DNA of 64,000 bases. It comes from an uncultured Oligoflexia bacterium. GTDB lineage: Bacteria; Bdellovibrionota; UBA1018; CAZJVD01. The notes under the pieces are model-generated. The model made no database searches, was not told where the DNA came from, and was given only the letters and a program-made list of their open reading frames with translations. The first letter of the stretch is position 1. Every line of letters starts with the position of its first letter. The stretch spans positions 94,183 to 158,182 of the forward strand of contig CAZJVD010000006.1 in the NCBI GenBank assembly GCA_964549505.1, given 5' to 3'. Of the stretch, positions 57,921 to 64,000 are shown piece by piece. The translations under genes were made by a program, and so were the position numbers.

Positions 57921-59341
57921 AACGTCTTCAAATACTCTATCACCGCTCTTGCCTCTTGATCTGAGAAGTTTGTGTAGAACGCATGCCCCTGTGAGGAGTG
58001 TCCGATTCTGCGCGTGTCATAGATATTACGGATACCGCGGACTTTGCTGGCGCCGGGGTCGGCGTGAGCTAAGGCTGTAAGTCCTAAGTTTTCTGGATCG
58101 AAGCGATGTTTTTCACCAGCGTCTTGGAGAGAAAATGTCTTCGGCCGTTCGCTGGGAGGTCGAAGAAGATCGCGCACGGTGGGCACCGAACCGTTGTGGA
58201 GATAAGGGAAACGCGACCAGATTCCAACGAGCCTTGGCGCAAAGTATCCGTTGCGGTTGGGTTGCACGCGGATCAGATCGGCGAGGGGACTTCTTGCGAT
58301 CTCAGCGTAGAACTCAGGCGTGTTCCCGGCGAGACGATCACCGTCGGTCTGTACCACGTCGATCGGAATAAAAAGTGGTCGCGCAAAGATCGGTAACCCC
58401 TCAGCATCCGTTTCGTAGCTTCCGTGACAGTGTTGACAGGTGCGTGAGAACACGGCTTTGCCTTCGGCTGCGAGGTCGCGTCGGATCGCGAACGGGTAGC
58501 GCGGCGGAAGAAAATCGTTGAAGAGGTCTTCGGCGGCTTCGATCTTCGATCGGTAACCACGCACGACTTCGGCAGTCTGGCCGGCTGCGAGTTCGACGGC
58601 GACCGCCCAGCCGACTTCGGTTCCATCGCCAAACCCGTCGCAAAACTGGCCGACCAAGCGCTTTTCGCCGTAACCCCAGAGCGACGGTACTTTCACCTGT
58701 CCGCGCGGCATTTCGGGAACTGGTTTTCCTTGGACGCGGTAAAACCAACCACGTACGAACGAGACCGGAACGAGTCCTTGCGATAGGTTGCCGAGGCGTT
58801 CCTCCGAAAGATATTTTGCAAAATCGAGCGCGCTTTTTTCAAGATCACGTTCGAGCTGAGAACGTCCGAAGAGCGACCGTACCGGACGCGAGAGTTTCTG
58901 GTAGGTCTTTTGAAAATCGTAAGCGTCTTTGCCTATTTGATACGGATCAATGTTCTTATTGCCGAGGCCAATCACAAGCTCGCCTGCGGCTCTTGAACTG
59001 TGGCAGGCGACGCAGCCGAGAACACCTATCTTAAGTTTTTCATCGCGGACCCGAAACAGCCCCATCACGTGGCGACTATCTTCGGCGACGAGGCCGTAGC
59101 GATCGGTCAGCTTGCGTGCCTGTCCCAGTGCGAGCGCGCGCTCGGCCCAGTTGATGATTCCTGGCGTAAGGTGCATGCCCGCGTGTTCGGTGTAAAAATG
59201 AAGCTTTTTAAACGCCGCTTTCGCGCGGCGGTCCGCTTCGCTACGTACTGACGCGCGTTCTGAAGGGGCGGCTGTCGTCTGCGCCACCGAAAGCGTGGTC
59301 ACAAACGCGAGCGCCAAGGTCATCCGTAACCCAAGCTGCAT
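57917..59341 (-). CDS. di-haem cytochrome c peroxidase/MauG-family protein
   Basis: Signal peptide. Two CxxCH motifs (GCVACHSS, TCQHCHGS), CCP-type FPYLHNGSVPTVRDLL, and C-terminal GHAFYTNFSDQEARAVIEYLKTL. Confidence 0.75.
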   Translation of the reverse strand: MQLGLRMTLALAFVTTLSVAQTTAAPSERASVRSEADRRAKAAFKKLHFYTEHAGMHLTPGIINWAERALALGQARKLTDRYGLVAEDSRHVMGLFRVRDEKLKIGVLGCVACHSSRAAGELVIGLGNKNIDPYQIGKDAYDFQKTYQKLSRPVRSLFGRSQLERDLEKSALDFAKYLSEERLGNLSQGLVPVSFVRGWFYRVQGKPVPEMPRGQVKVPSLWGYGEKRLVGQFCDGFGDGTEVGWAVAVELAAGQTAEVVRGYRSKIEAAEDLFNDFLPPRYPFAIRRDLAAEGKAVFSRTCQHCHGSYETDAEGLPIFARPLFIPIDVVQTDGDRLAGNTPEFYAEIARSPLADLIRVQPNRNGYFAPRLVGIWSRFPYLHNGSVPTVRDLLRPPSERPKTFSLQDAGEKHRFDPENLGLTALAHADPGASKVRGIRNIYDTRRIGHSSQGHAFYTNFSDQEARAVIEYLKTL

Positions 59342-59407
59342 TCTACTTAATTGTAGGGGCTCGGGTCGCTGAGACGAAGACTTTTTTTCTTTGAGAGCGC
59401 GGTCAGC

Positions 59408-60625
59408 CTAAGGGAGAACGCTCTTAAGCTTAGCGATCAGAAAGTCGACTTCGCCAGCAGCGATCGCTAGAGGTGGCGCTAGACGGATCACTTGATCGTG
59501 CGTTTCTTTACAGAGAACGCCTTCGTCCATCAACCTTTCGCAATAGGGCCGAGCTGAGCCATGCGCCTTGTCGATCTCAATACCGATGAGCAGACCGCGG
59601 CCACGGACCTCTTTGATTGCAGCAGACTTCAGCGTTCCAAGTTTGCGCATCAGTTCACTTCCGGCCTGTTCAGCTTTGTCCGCGAGTTTCTCGTCGATCA
59701 GCACTTCGAGCGACGCGCGACCCACGGCGCAGGCGAGAGAGTTTCCGCCAAACGTACTTCCGTGCGTTCCTGGCGTGAGTAGATCCAGGACGGCGTGCGG
59801 TCCTACGACAGCGGATATCGGCAAAACACCACCGCCCAAAGCTTTTCCTAGAACCATGAGATCGGGCTTCGCGTTTTTCTCGAGTTGATAGCAGAACATC
59901 TTGCCGGTACGACCGAGACCCGTCTGAATTTCGTCATCGATCAACAGAACATTTTGTTTCCGACAGAGCTCAGCAGCAGCTGTGAGAAATCCCGCTGGCG
60001 GAATAATAATTCCGGCCTCGCCCTGGATCGGCTCGTACAAAAAAGCGACCGTGTTCTTCGTGATAGCGCGCTTGAGAGCTTCGAGATCGCCATACGGAAT
60101 CGCGCGAAACCCAGGCGTGAACGGTCCAAAGTGTTTTCGGTAGAGCGGTTCGGTCGAAAAACTTACGATCGTCGTCGTGCGACCATGGAAGTTTCCGTCA
60201 CAGACAAGGATCTCCGCCTGATCTTCGGCGACACCCTTCTTCTCATAACCCCATTTTCGTGCCGCTTTGATCGCAGTCTCGATGCCCTCGGCACCCGTGT
60301 TCATCGGGAGAGCACATTCCATCTCGGATAGTTTGCAGAGCGTCTCGAGAAACGGTCCGATCTGATCGTTGTGAAAAGCGCGTGAGCAGAGCGTGATCTT
60401 CTCAGCCTGAGACTTCAGCGCTTGGACGATTTTCGGATGTCGATGACCCTGGTTGACCGCCGAATAAGCCGAGAGACAATCGAGATACTTCTTGCCCTCA
60501 ACATCCCAAACCCACGCACCCTCGCCCCGCTCGATAACAACCGGTAGCGGATGATAGTTCGGCGCGCTGTAGCGTTTAAAAGTTTCAATAGCGTTCTGTG
60601 TCTTCTGCGGAAGTGGTTTTTCCAT
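59408..60625 (-). CDS. rocD: ornithine--oxo-acid aminotransferase
   Basis: Start trimmed to MEKPLPQK; the ORF-track N-terminus is the antisense of tRNA-Pro. NYHPLPVVIERGEGAWVWDVEGKKYLDCLSAYSAVNQGHRHPKIV.. is the class-III aminotransferase OAT pattern. Confidence 0.9.
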   Translation of the reverse strand: MEKPLPQKTQNAIETFKRYSAPNYHPLPVVIERGEGAWVWDVEGKKYLDCLSAYSAVNQGHRHPKIVQALKSQAEKITLCSRAFHNDQIGPFLETLCKLSEMECALPMNTGAEGIETAIKAARKWGYEKKGVAEDQAEILVCDGNFHGRTTTIVSFSTEPLYRKHFGPFTPGFRAIPYGDLEALKRAITKNTVAFLYEPIQGEAGIIIPPAGFLTAAAELCRKQNVLLIDDEIQTGLGRTGKMFCYQLEKNAKPDLMVLGKALGGGVLPISAVVGPHAVLDLLTPGTHGSTFGGNSLACAVGRASLEVLIDEKLADKAEQAGSELMRKLGTLKSAAIKEVRGRGLLIGIEIDKAHGSARPYCERLMDEGVLCKETHDQVIRLAPPLAIAAGEVDFLIAKLKSVLP

Positions 60626-60663
60626 TGAGGTGTCATTATAACATGCGCTATTAAAGTGGAAAT

Positions 60664-60741
60664 CGGGGTGTAGCGCAGCCTGGCTAGCGCGCTTCGTTCG
60701 GGACGAAGAGGTCGTGAGTTCGAATCTCGCCACCCCGACCA
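60664..60741 (+). tRNA. tRNA-Pro (anticodon CGG), CCA encoded
   Basis: Hand-folded cloverleaf. Acceptor CGGGGTG/CACCCCG (C1-G72, A73), D-arm GCGC/GCGC, and anticodon stem CTTCG/CGAAG with loop TTCGGGA. T-arm GTGAG/CTCGC with loop TTCGAAT. 3' CCA is present. Confidence 0.95.
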
Positions 60742-60743
60742 TA

Positions 60744-60810
60744 GCTCATAAAAAAGTAAAGAGGCAGGTCGCCTCGCAAGCGAGACCTGACTCTTTACTT
60801 TTTTATGAGC
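60744..60810. terminator. 67-nt extended hairpin (20-bp AT-rich outer arms plus GC-rich inner stem), a likely bidirectional terminator
   Basis: GCTCATAAAAAAGTAAAGAG ... CTCTTTACTTTTTTATGAGC are perfect complements. The inner stem is CAGGT..CTCGC-aa-GCGAG-ACCTG. T-runs follow the GC stem on both strands. Confidence 0.6.
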
Positions 60811-60835
60811 GGATGGAGATCCGATGGCCGAGACA

Positions 60836-60849
60836 AATCTCGCCACCCC
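60836..60849 (+). repeat. direct repeat of the tRNA-Pro 3' end (att-like scar)
   Basis: AATCTCGCCACCCC is identical to tRNA positions 60723-60736. Flanking bases (GAGAC-AAATCTCG) also mimic the T-arm, with a shortened loop. Confidence 0.8.
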
Positions 60850-61175
60850 TAGGCCGCGATTTTTCGTAAGCGCTTGAGCGTATCAGGAAAGTTTTTCACG
60901 AGGAGAATTAGAGTAGCCGCCTGTTCGTTGGGTTTGCTGCGACCCTGCTCCCAATTGGCAAGTGTTCGTGGATTAACCCGCAGCAATTCTGCAAACAGAC
61001 CTTGAGACATACCGAGTTGCTTGCGTGTACTACGGATTACCTCAGCGTCGACATCGGGGAGATTGAGGGGTTCGGGTTTGTGTGTGCGCAAGGTAATTTT
61101 GCCCTCTCGATGCTTACGCATCGATTCCACGCCACTCATCAATTCACCAAAAACATCTCGTTTTTCTTTTTTCAT
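60849..61175 (-). CDS. HTH antitoxin (COG2944/NadS-YiaG-like, MqsA-type C-terminal HTH)
   Basis: ..REGKITLRTHKPEP..IRSTRKQLGMSQGLFAELLRVNPRTLANWEQGRSKPNEQAATLILLV.. is the typical partner of the toxin family upstream. There is a 10-nt gap to the toxin stop. Confidence 0.8.
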   Translation of the reverse strand: MKKEKRDVFGELMSGVESMRKHREGKITLRTHKPEPLNLPDVDAEVIRSTRKQLGMSQGLFAELLRVNPRTLANWEQGRSKPNEQAATLILLVKNFPDTLKRLRKIAA

Positions 61176-61185
61176 AAATTTTCCT

Positions 61186-61479
61186 TCACTTAATCCGTCT
61201 GATAGCTCTAGTTTTCTTTTCCGCTTCGATTGCAGTCTTGAGTGCCTTCTTTTGTTCGGCTGTTAGATCATCGGCTTCGTTCTTTCCATAAATCGTAAGC
61301 AACCAAATCTGCCGATCCTCTGGAAAGAAAAAATAGATCACCCGAAAACCACCGGTCCCCTGAATCAAATCTCCTGCCTCAGGCTTTAGGGTCAAAGCTT
61401 CCTGAAGTTCTCGATATTCGTCATCACTGAGATAGGATAGTAGGTGCTTGGTGAATGCCGGCGCTTCGACGAATTCCAT
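61186..61479 (-). CDS. RelE/ParE-superfamily toxin (COG4737/DUF1044-like), apparently internally deleted
   Basis: MEFVEAPAFTKHLLSYLSDDEYRELQEALTLKPEAGDLIQGTGGF-RVIYFFF..QIWLLTIYGKNEADDLTAEQKKAL. The family pattern is clear, but the basic segment after GTGG is missing. Confidence 0.75.
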   Translation of the reverse strand: MEFVEAPAFTKHLLSYLSDDEYRELQEALTLKPEAGDLIQGTGGFRVIYFFFPEDRQIWLLTIYGKNEADDLTAEQKKALKTAIEAEKKTRAIRRIK

Positions 61480-61489
61480 GACTCTAAAT

Positions 61490-61518
61490 ATAACTATACG
61501 CTATTAGCGTATAGTTAT
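61490..61518. promoter_or_regulatory. perfect 29-bp palindrome (14-bp arms), likely the TA operator/promoter
   Basis: ATAACTATACGCTA-T-TAGCGTATAGTTAT, 11 nt upstream of the toxin ATG. It contains TATAGT/TATACG -10-like hexamers on both strands. Confidence 0.6.
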
Positions 61519-61521
61519 CAA

Positions 61522-61641
61522 GACCCATTTTTGCGCTCGGAGCCCCTGGTTCTCGTTTACGCGTTCCACAAGAAGTCCCAAGAGCTTCAGGAAAAAGATA
61601 AAAACGTCATTCGCGCTAGGATAGGAAGGATCGAATTATGA
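61522..61641 (+). pseudogene. C-terminal stub of a HigB/Gp49-like (DUF891-type) toxin
   Basis: DPFLRSEPLVLVYAFHKKSQELQEKDKNVIRARIGRIEL matches only the last ~35 residues of such toxins (..ivLLhgFiKKtqktp..ei..A..r..). The stop overlaps the ATG of the XRE gene (ATGA). The upstream part of ORF 61444..61641 is the operator/promoter of the other module. Confidence 0.45.
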
Positions 61642-61925
61642 AGACCGAAAAATTAAAGACGCAAACTCTTGAGGAAGTCGCCAAGGATTGGGGAATCGAT
61701 TATCAGGTTTTCAAAATCAAAAGTGATTTGATCGCTACGATTAAGCGCTACTGCGACGAGCATGACGTCAGTCAACGAAAGTTGGCTTCGCTGGTTCCTG
61801 GTCTTAGCCAGGATCGCGTATCAAAAATTTTCTCGGGCCAGGTCGGGCATATGACTATCGATAAACTTATTGAGATTCTATCGGTGTTGAAATTCAAGGT
61901 CGCTGTTAGAGCAAGCGCCGCTTAA
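61638..61925 (+). CDS. XRE-family HTH antitoxin (COG5606-like)
   Basis: ..IKSDLIATIKRYCDEHDVSQRKLASLVPGLSQDRVSKIFSGQVGHMTIDKLIEILSVLKFKVAV.. is the typical HigA-like partner pattern. Confidence 0.75.
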   Translation: MKTEKLKTQTLEEVAKDWGIDYQVFKIKSDLIATIKRYCDEHDVSQRKLASLVPGLSQDRVSKIFSGQVGHMTIDKLIEILSVLKFKVAVRASAA

Positions 61926-62079
61926 CTTGGATTCGGTCCTTAAGCGATCATCCTCCTCGTGAGCCCCGTGGCACTCGAGGCGTGCTTCCAAGATCAGCTC
62001 CGCAAGGCTAAGATCAAGAAACGCGTCAAGATCGAAGACGCTGCCTAGTACTGCTGTCCGCGAACCCCCACAGTGCCGG

Positions 62080-62114
62080 TATCATTGTTTGACTTATAGC
62101 GTCAAACAATGATA
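62080..62114. promoter_or_regulatory. 14-bp-arm inverted repeat 18 nt upstream of the protease gene
   Basis: TATCATTGTTTGAC-ttatagc-GTCAAACAATGATA. No T-tract follows, so an operator or RNA hairpin is more likely than a terminator. Confidence 0.4.
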
Positions 62115-62131
62115 GCTTTCAGCGACTTCAT

Positions 62132-63796
62132 ATGAGCTGTCAGTTTTTCTATCGCCTTGTCCTTATCCTAGCGGTTTCCATTATTTCACCTGCTTTAGCG
62201 GATCCTATGACCCTCGCTCGGCTCGGGCAGGGGTACGTCTTTTCCCAAATGCATAAGAGAAAATTCCCCCTTTTTCCGGACGAGTTCCTCCTGGCGCAGG
62301 AAGCTTCTGTCTGGATGAAGGAAACAAATGCTCTCGCGCAACGGGGCTTCTGGGCTGCCTCAGTCTCCAGACGAGAGATTTATCAGCGGTTTGTGGGCTG
62401 GGTACGTGCTGTGGAAACTGATGCCGAATTCAAAGAATTAGAAGCTGCTCTCTGGCGTCATCCTCGTGCGACCCCACTTGCAGTGGCCTTGAACGCAGGT
62501 CTCTTAGGTGATTCGAACAAGCTGGGCCTCTCGACTAAAAGCTTGGAGAACGCCTTACGTGCCACTGTGTATTTTGTTTCTGGAGAACAAATGAACGGCA
62601 CGGGAGTACGTGTTGGGCCGGACCTTTTTCTTACAAATGCCCATGTTGCAATAAGGTTAGGGAAAAGCGGATCGCTGCAGATATGCCGAGACGAGCTCGA
62701 AACGGGCGAAGCTCCTGTTCGTGCGGATGTCACGGACTTCACCGTACCCTTTATTGATCATTTTCTCGATATCGCGTTGATTAAGGTTCACACGGAAAGT
62801 TCTGTATTTGCCGGGGCTTCGCCGGTAGCGATTTCGACCAAGAGGCTAGTAGCCGGAAACCGCATTCTGACCATTGGCAATATGAGAACGACTAAAGGCG
62901 ATTTTTTAGCCGATGCGAACTGGCTGAACCTTGAAACACTTGACCCGCAAGCATCGTGGCACGGTCAAGTTACAGCCCGATCAGTTCTTAGACCAGGCGC
63001 GAGTGGATCACCTGTTTTTGTGGTCGATTCTAACGGAGAGTTGACTCTGGTAGCTCTCGTGTGCGGGGGCGGGAATGTCACATCCGAATTCGGTTACTTT
63101 TCGAAATCTATAGACGTGGATTCTGTTTTTGATCCAGAAAAGTACGCCCAAAGAATTGCAGGTCAGGTCTCTGTGTTTACTCCTCTGAGCGCACTCACGG
63201 AGAGATTCGAAATCTCGCCCGAGGCGATCACAAAAGGCGATTTTCATGTTTCACCATCGGACATCGAGGCGGGTTTTCTGCAGGAGATAGTGAGGATGCT
63301 TGAATCGGAGTCGAGGCCGGTCCGACAATTGGCTTGGAGCCTTAGGCCGCGTATAGGCGATGCCATGGCCCATGTGACTTCGGATTCCATTAGGTTCCAG
63401 GTTATTTCCGCCATGCTCAACCACCCCAGTCCGGATATCTCGGATCAGATCGTCGTGGTTCTCTCAGCGAACATGGATCCTAACTGGGTCTTCCAGAATC
63501 GAACCCGATTAGCCGGCCTTCTTGGAGTCGATAACCCAACATTGGTCTCTATTCTTCAGGCGACCAAAGATCATTTGATTACTGAAAAAGGATCGCCAGA
63601 CGAACTCCCATTTTCTTTTGTGACGGATTCTGTATCTGGAAAGAAACGACTCGTTGGGAATTTAGAAGCAGCAACGCTTAGATCAAAACGCGCCTCGTTC
63701 CTAACGACCTTGCGTGCACAAAGATGTGCGACGGCTTTGACATACGGCATTACTGAGGCTAGGTTGCGCTCAGTTAAGCTGCGCTCAAACGACTGA
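62132..63796 (+). CDS. secreted trypsin-like (S1/chymotrypsin-fold) serine protease with a ~200-aa helical C-terminal domain
   Basis: Signal peptide ..ISPALA/DP. Catalytic triad contexts: FLTNAHVA (His), LDIALIKV (Asp) and RPGASGSPVF (Ser). The C-terminal region is repeat/HEAT-like and unassigned. Confidence 0.75.
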   Translation: MSCQFFYRLVLILAVSIISPALADPMTLARLGQGYVFSQMHKRKFPLFPDEFLLAQEASVWMKETNALAQRGFWAASVSRREIYQRFVGWVRAVETDAEFKELEAALWRHPRATPLAVALNAGLLGDSNKLGLSTKSLENALRATVYFVSGEQMNGTGVRVGPDLFLTNAHVAIRLGKSGSLQICRDELETGEAPVRADVTDFTVPFIDHFLDIALIKVHTESSVFAGASPVAISTKRLVAGNRILTIGNMRTTKGDFLADANWLNLETLDPQASWHGQVTARSVLRPGASGSPVFVVDSNGELTLVALVCGGGNVTSEFGYFSKSIDVDSVFDPEKYAQRIAGQVSVFTPLSALTERFEISPEAITKGDFHVSPSDIEAGFLQEIVRMLESESRPVRQLAWSLRPRIGDAMAHVTSDSIRFQVISAMLNHPSPDISDQIVVVLSANMDPNWVFQNRTRLAGLLGVDNPTLVSILQATKDHLITEKGSPDELPFSFVTDSVSGKKRLVGNLEAATLRSKRASFLTTLRAQRCATALTYGITEARLRSVKLRSND

Positions 63797-63814
63797 TTTT
63801 CAGAGGTCATTTCC

Positions 63815-64000
63815 ATGAAGAGACGCGTCCGCTTTTTCGCGATGCTGCCGGTTATCGGATTTCTAAGCATGATTCCAAAGGGATTCGCGGGAGCTGAACA
63901 GCAAGATCATCCCGAACAGAGTGGCACTGCTTGCCATCGTGCGCTCGTCACCCGTTCACTTTTCAATCACCTTGAAACGAGTCTATCGAAGAGCAGTGAA
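63815..64000 (+). CDS. hypothetical secreted protein, 5' part only (runs off the window end)
   Basis: Not in the ORF track. ATG 63815 with AGAGG 8 nt upstream. MKRRVRFFAMLPVIGFLSMIPKGFAGA is a signal peptide. The frame stays open to nt 64000. Confidence 0.4.
   Translation, partial: MKRRVRFFAMLPVIGFLSMIPKGFAGAEQQDHPEQSGTACHRALVTRSLFNHLETSLSKSSE

Noticed and set aside
60626-60742. N-terminal 39 codons of ORF 59408..60742 (would make rocD 444 aa)
   Set aside because: This extension is the reverse complement of tRNA-Pro. The aminotransferase homology begins at MEKPLPQK (ATG 60625).
61444-61641. 65-aa ORF taken as an intact small gene
   Set aside because: Its first ~25 codons are the palindromic operator/promoter of the neighbouring TA module. 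Only the last ~35 codons resemble a toxin C-terminus, so it is treated as a remnant.
1-64000. Scan for CRISPR arrays, IS elements/transposases, integrases, reverse transcriptases (retron/DGR) and known multi-gene defence systems
   Set aside because: I recognised no regularly spaced direct repeats and no transposase, integrase or RT motifs in any frame of the ORF track. The only mobile-element trace is the tRNA-Pro 3'-end duplication.

Overview
This is a 64-kb, tightly packed chromosomal segment from a Gram-negative bacterium. GC looks mid-50s % by eye. The gene content fits a Bdellovibrionota/Myxococcota-type lineage: Mre/Rod elongasome, KpsF, many secreted proteases and lipoproteins, and an OlsF-like lipid gene. 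I cannot verify the taxonomy. I call about 60 protein genes and one tRNA. I see no rRNA, CRISPR array, transposase, integrase or reverse transcriptase. Most of the window is housekeeping: a partial acyl-CoA dehydrogenase, rlmN, mreC-mreD-mrdA-rodA (no adjacent mreB), a UvrA-type ABC ATPase, kpsF, hflX, rimP-nusA-infB-rbfA-truB, pstSCAB, prc, rocD and tRNA-Pro(CGG). Many ORF-track entries are 5'-extended or are antisense shadow ORFs. I trimmed starts using signal peptides, SD sites and stop/start overlaps. I also added two CDS that run off the window ends. The only clearly accessory patch is the last ~3.3 kb, downstream of tRNA-Pro. It holds a degenerate copy of the tRNA 3' end and a long hairpin. 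It also holds a RelE/ParE-type toxin-antitoxin pair with a perfect 29-bp palindromic operator, a second module reduced to a toxin stub plus an intact XRE antitoxin, and secreted protease genes. I found no convincing complete novel multi-gene system. The best candidates for follow-up are: (1) an in-frame MurF-Sua5/TsaC fusion translationally coupled to an M19-like dipeptidase; (2) the tRNA-Pro integration scar with decaying TA modules; (3) an intrinsic terminator in the leader of the rimP-nusA-infB operon; (4) a ~240-nt structured, repeat-containing intergenic RNA candidate ending in tandem terminators; (5) an OlsF-like acyltransferase with a degenerate O-acyltransferase domain just upstream of pstSCAB; (6) two blocks of unassignable genes (681-3358 and 51768-53563). 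All family assignments come from motif recognition by eye, with no searches run. Noncoding coordinates were cross-checked against ORF-track boundaries where possible and could still be off by a base or two.
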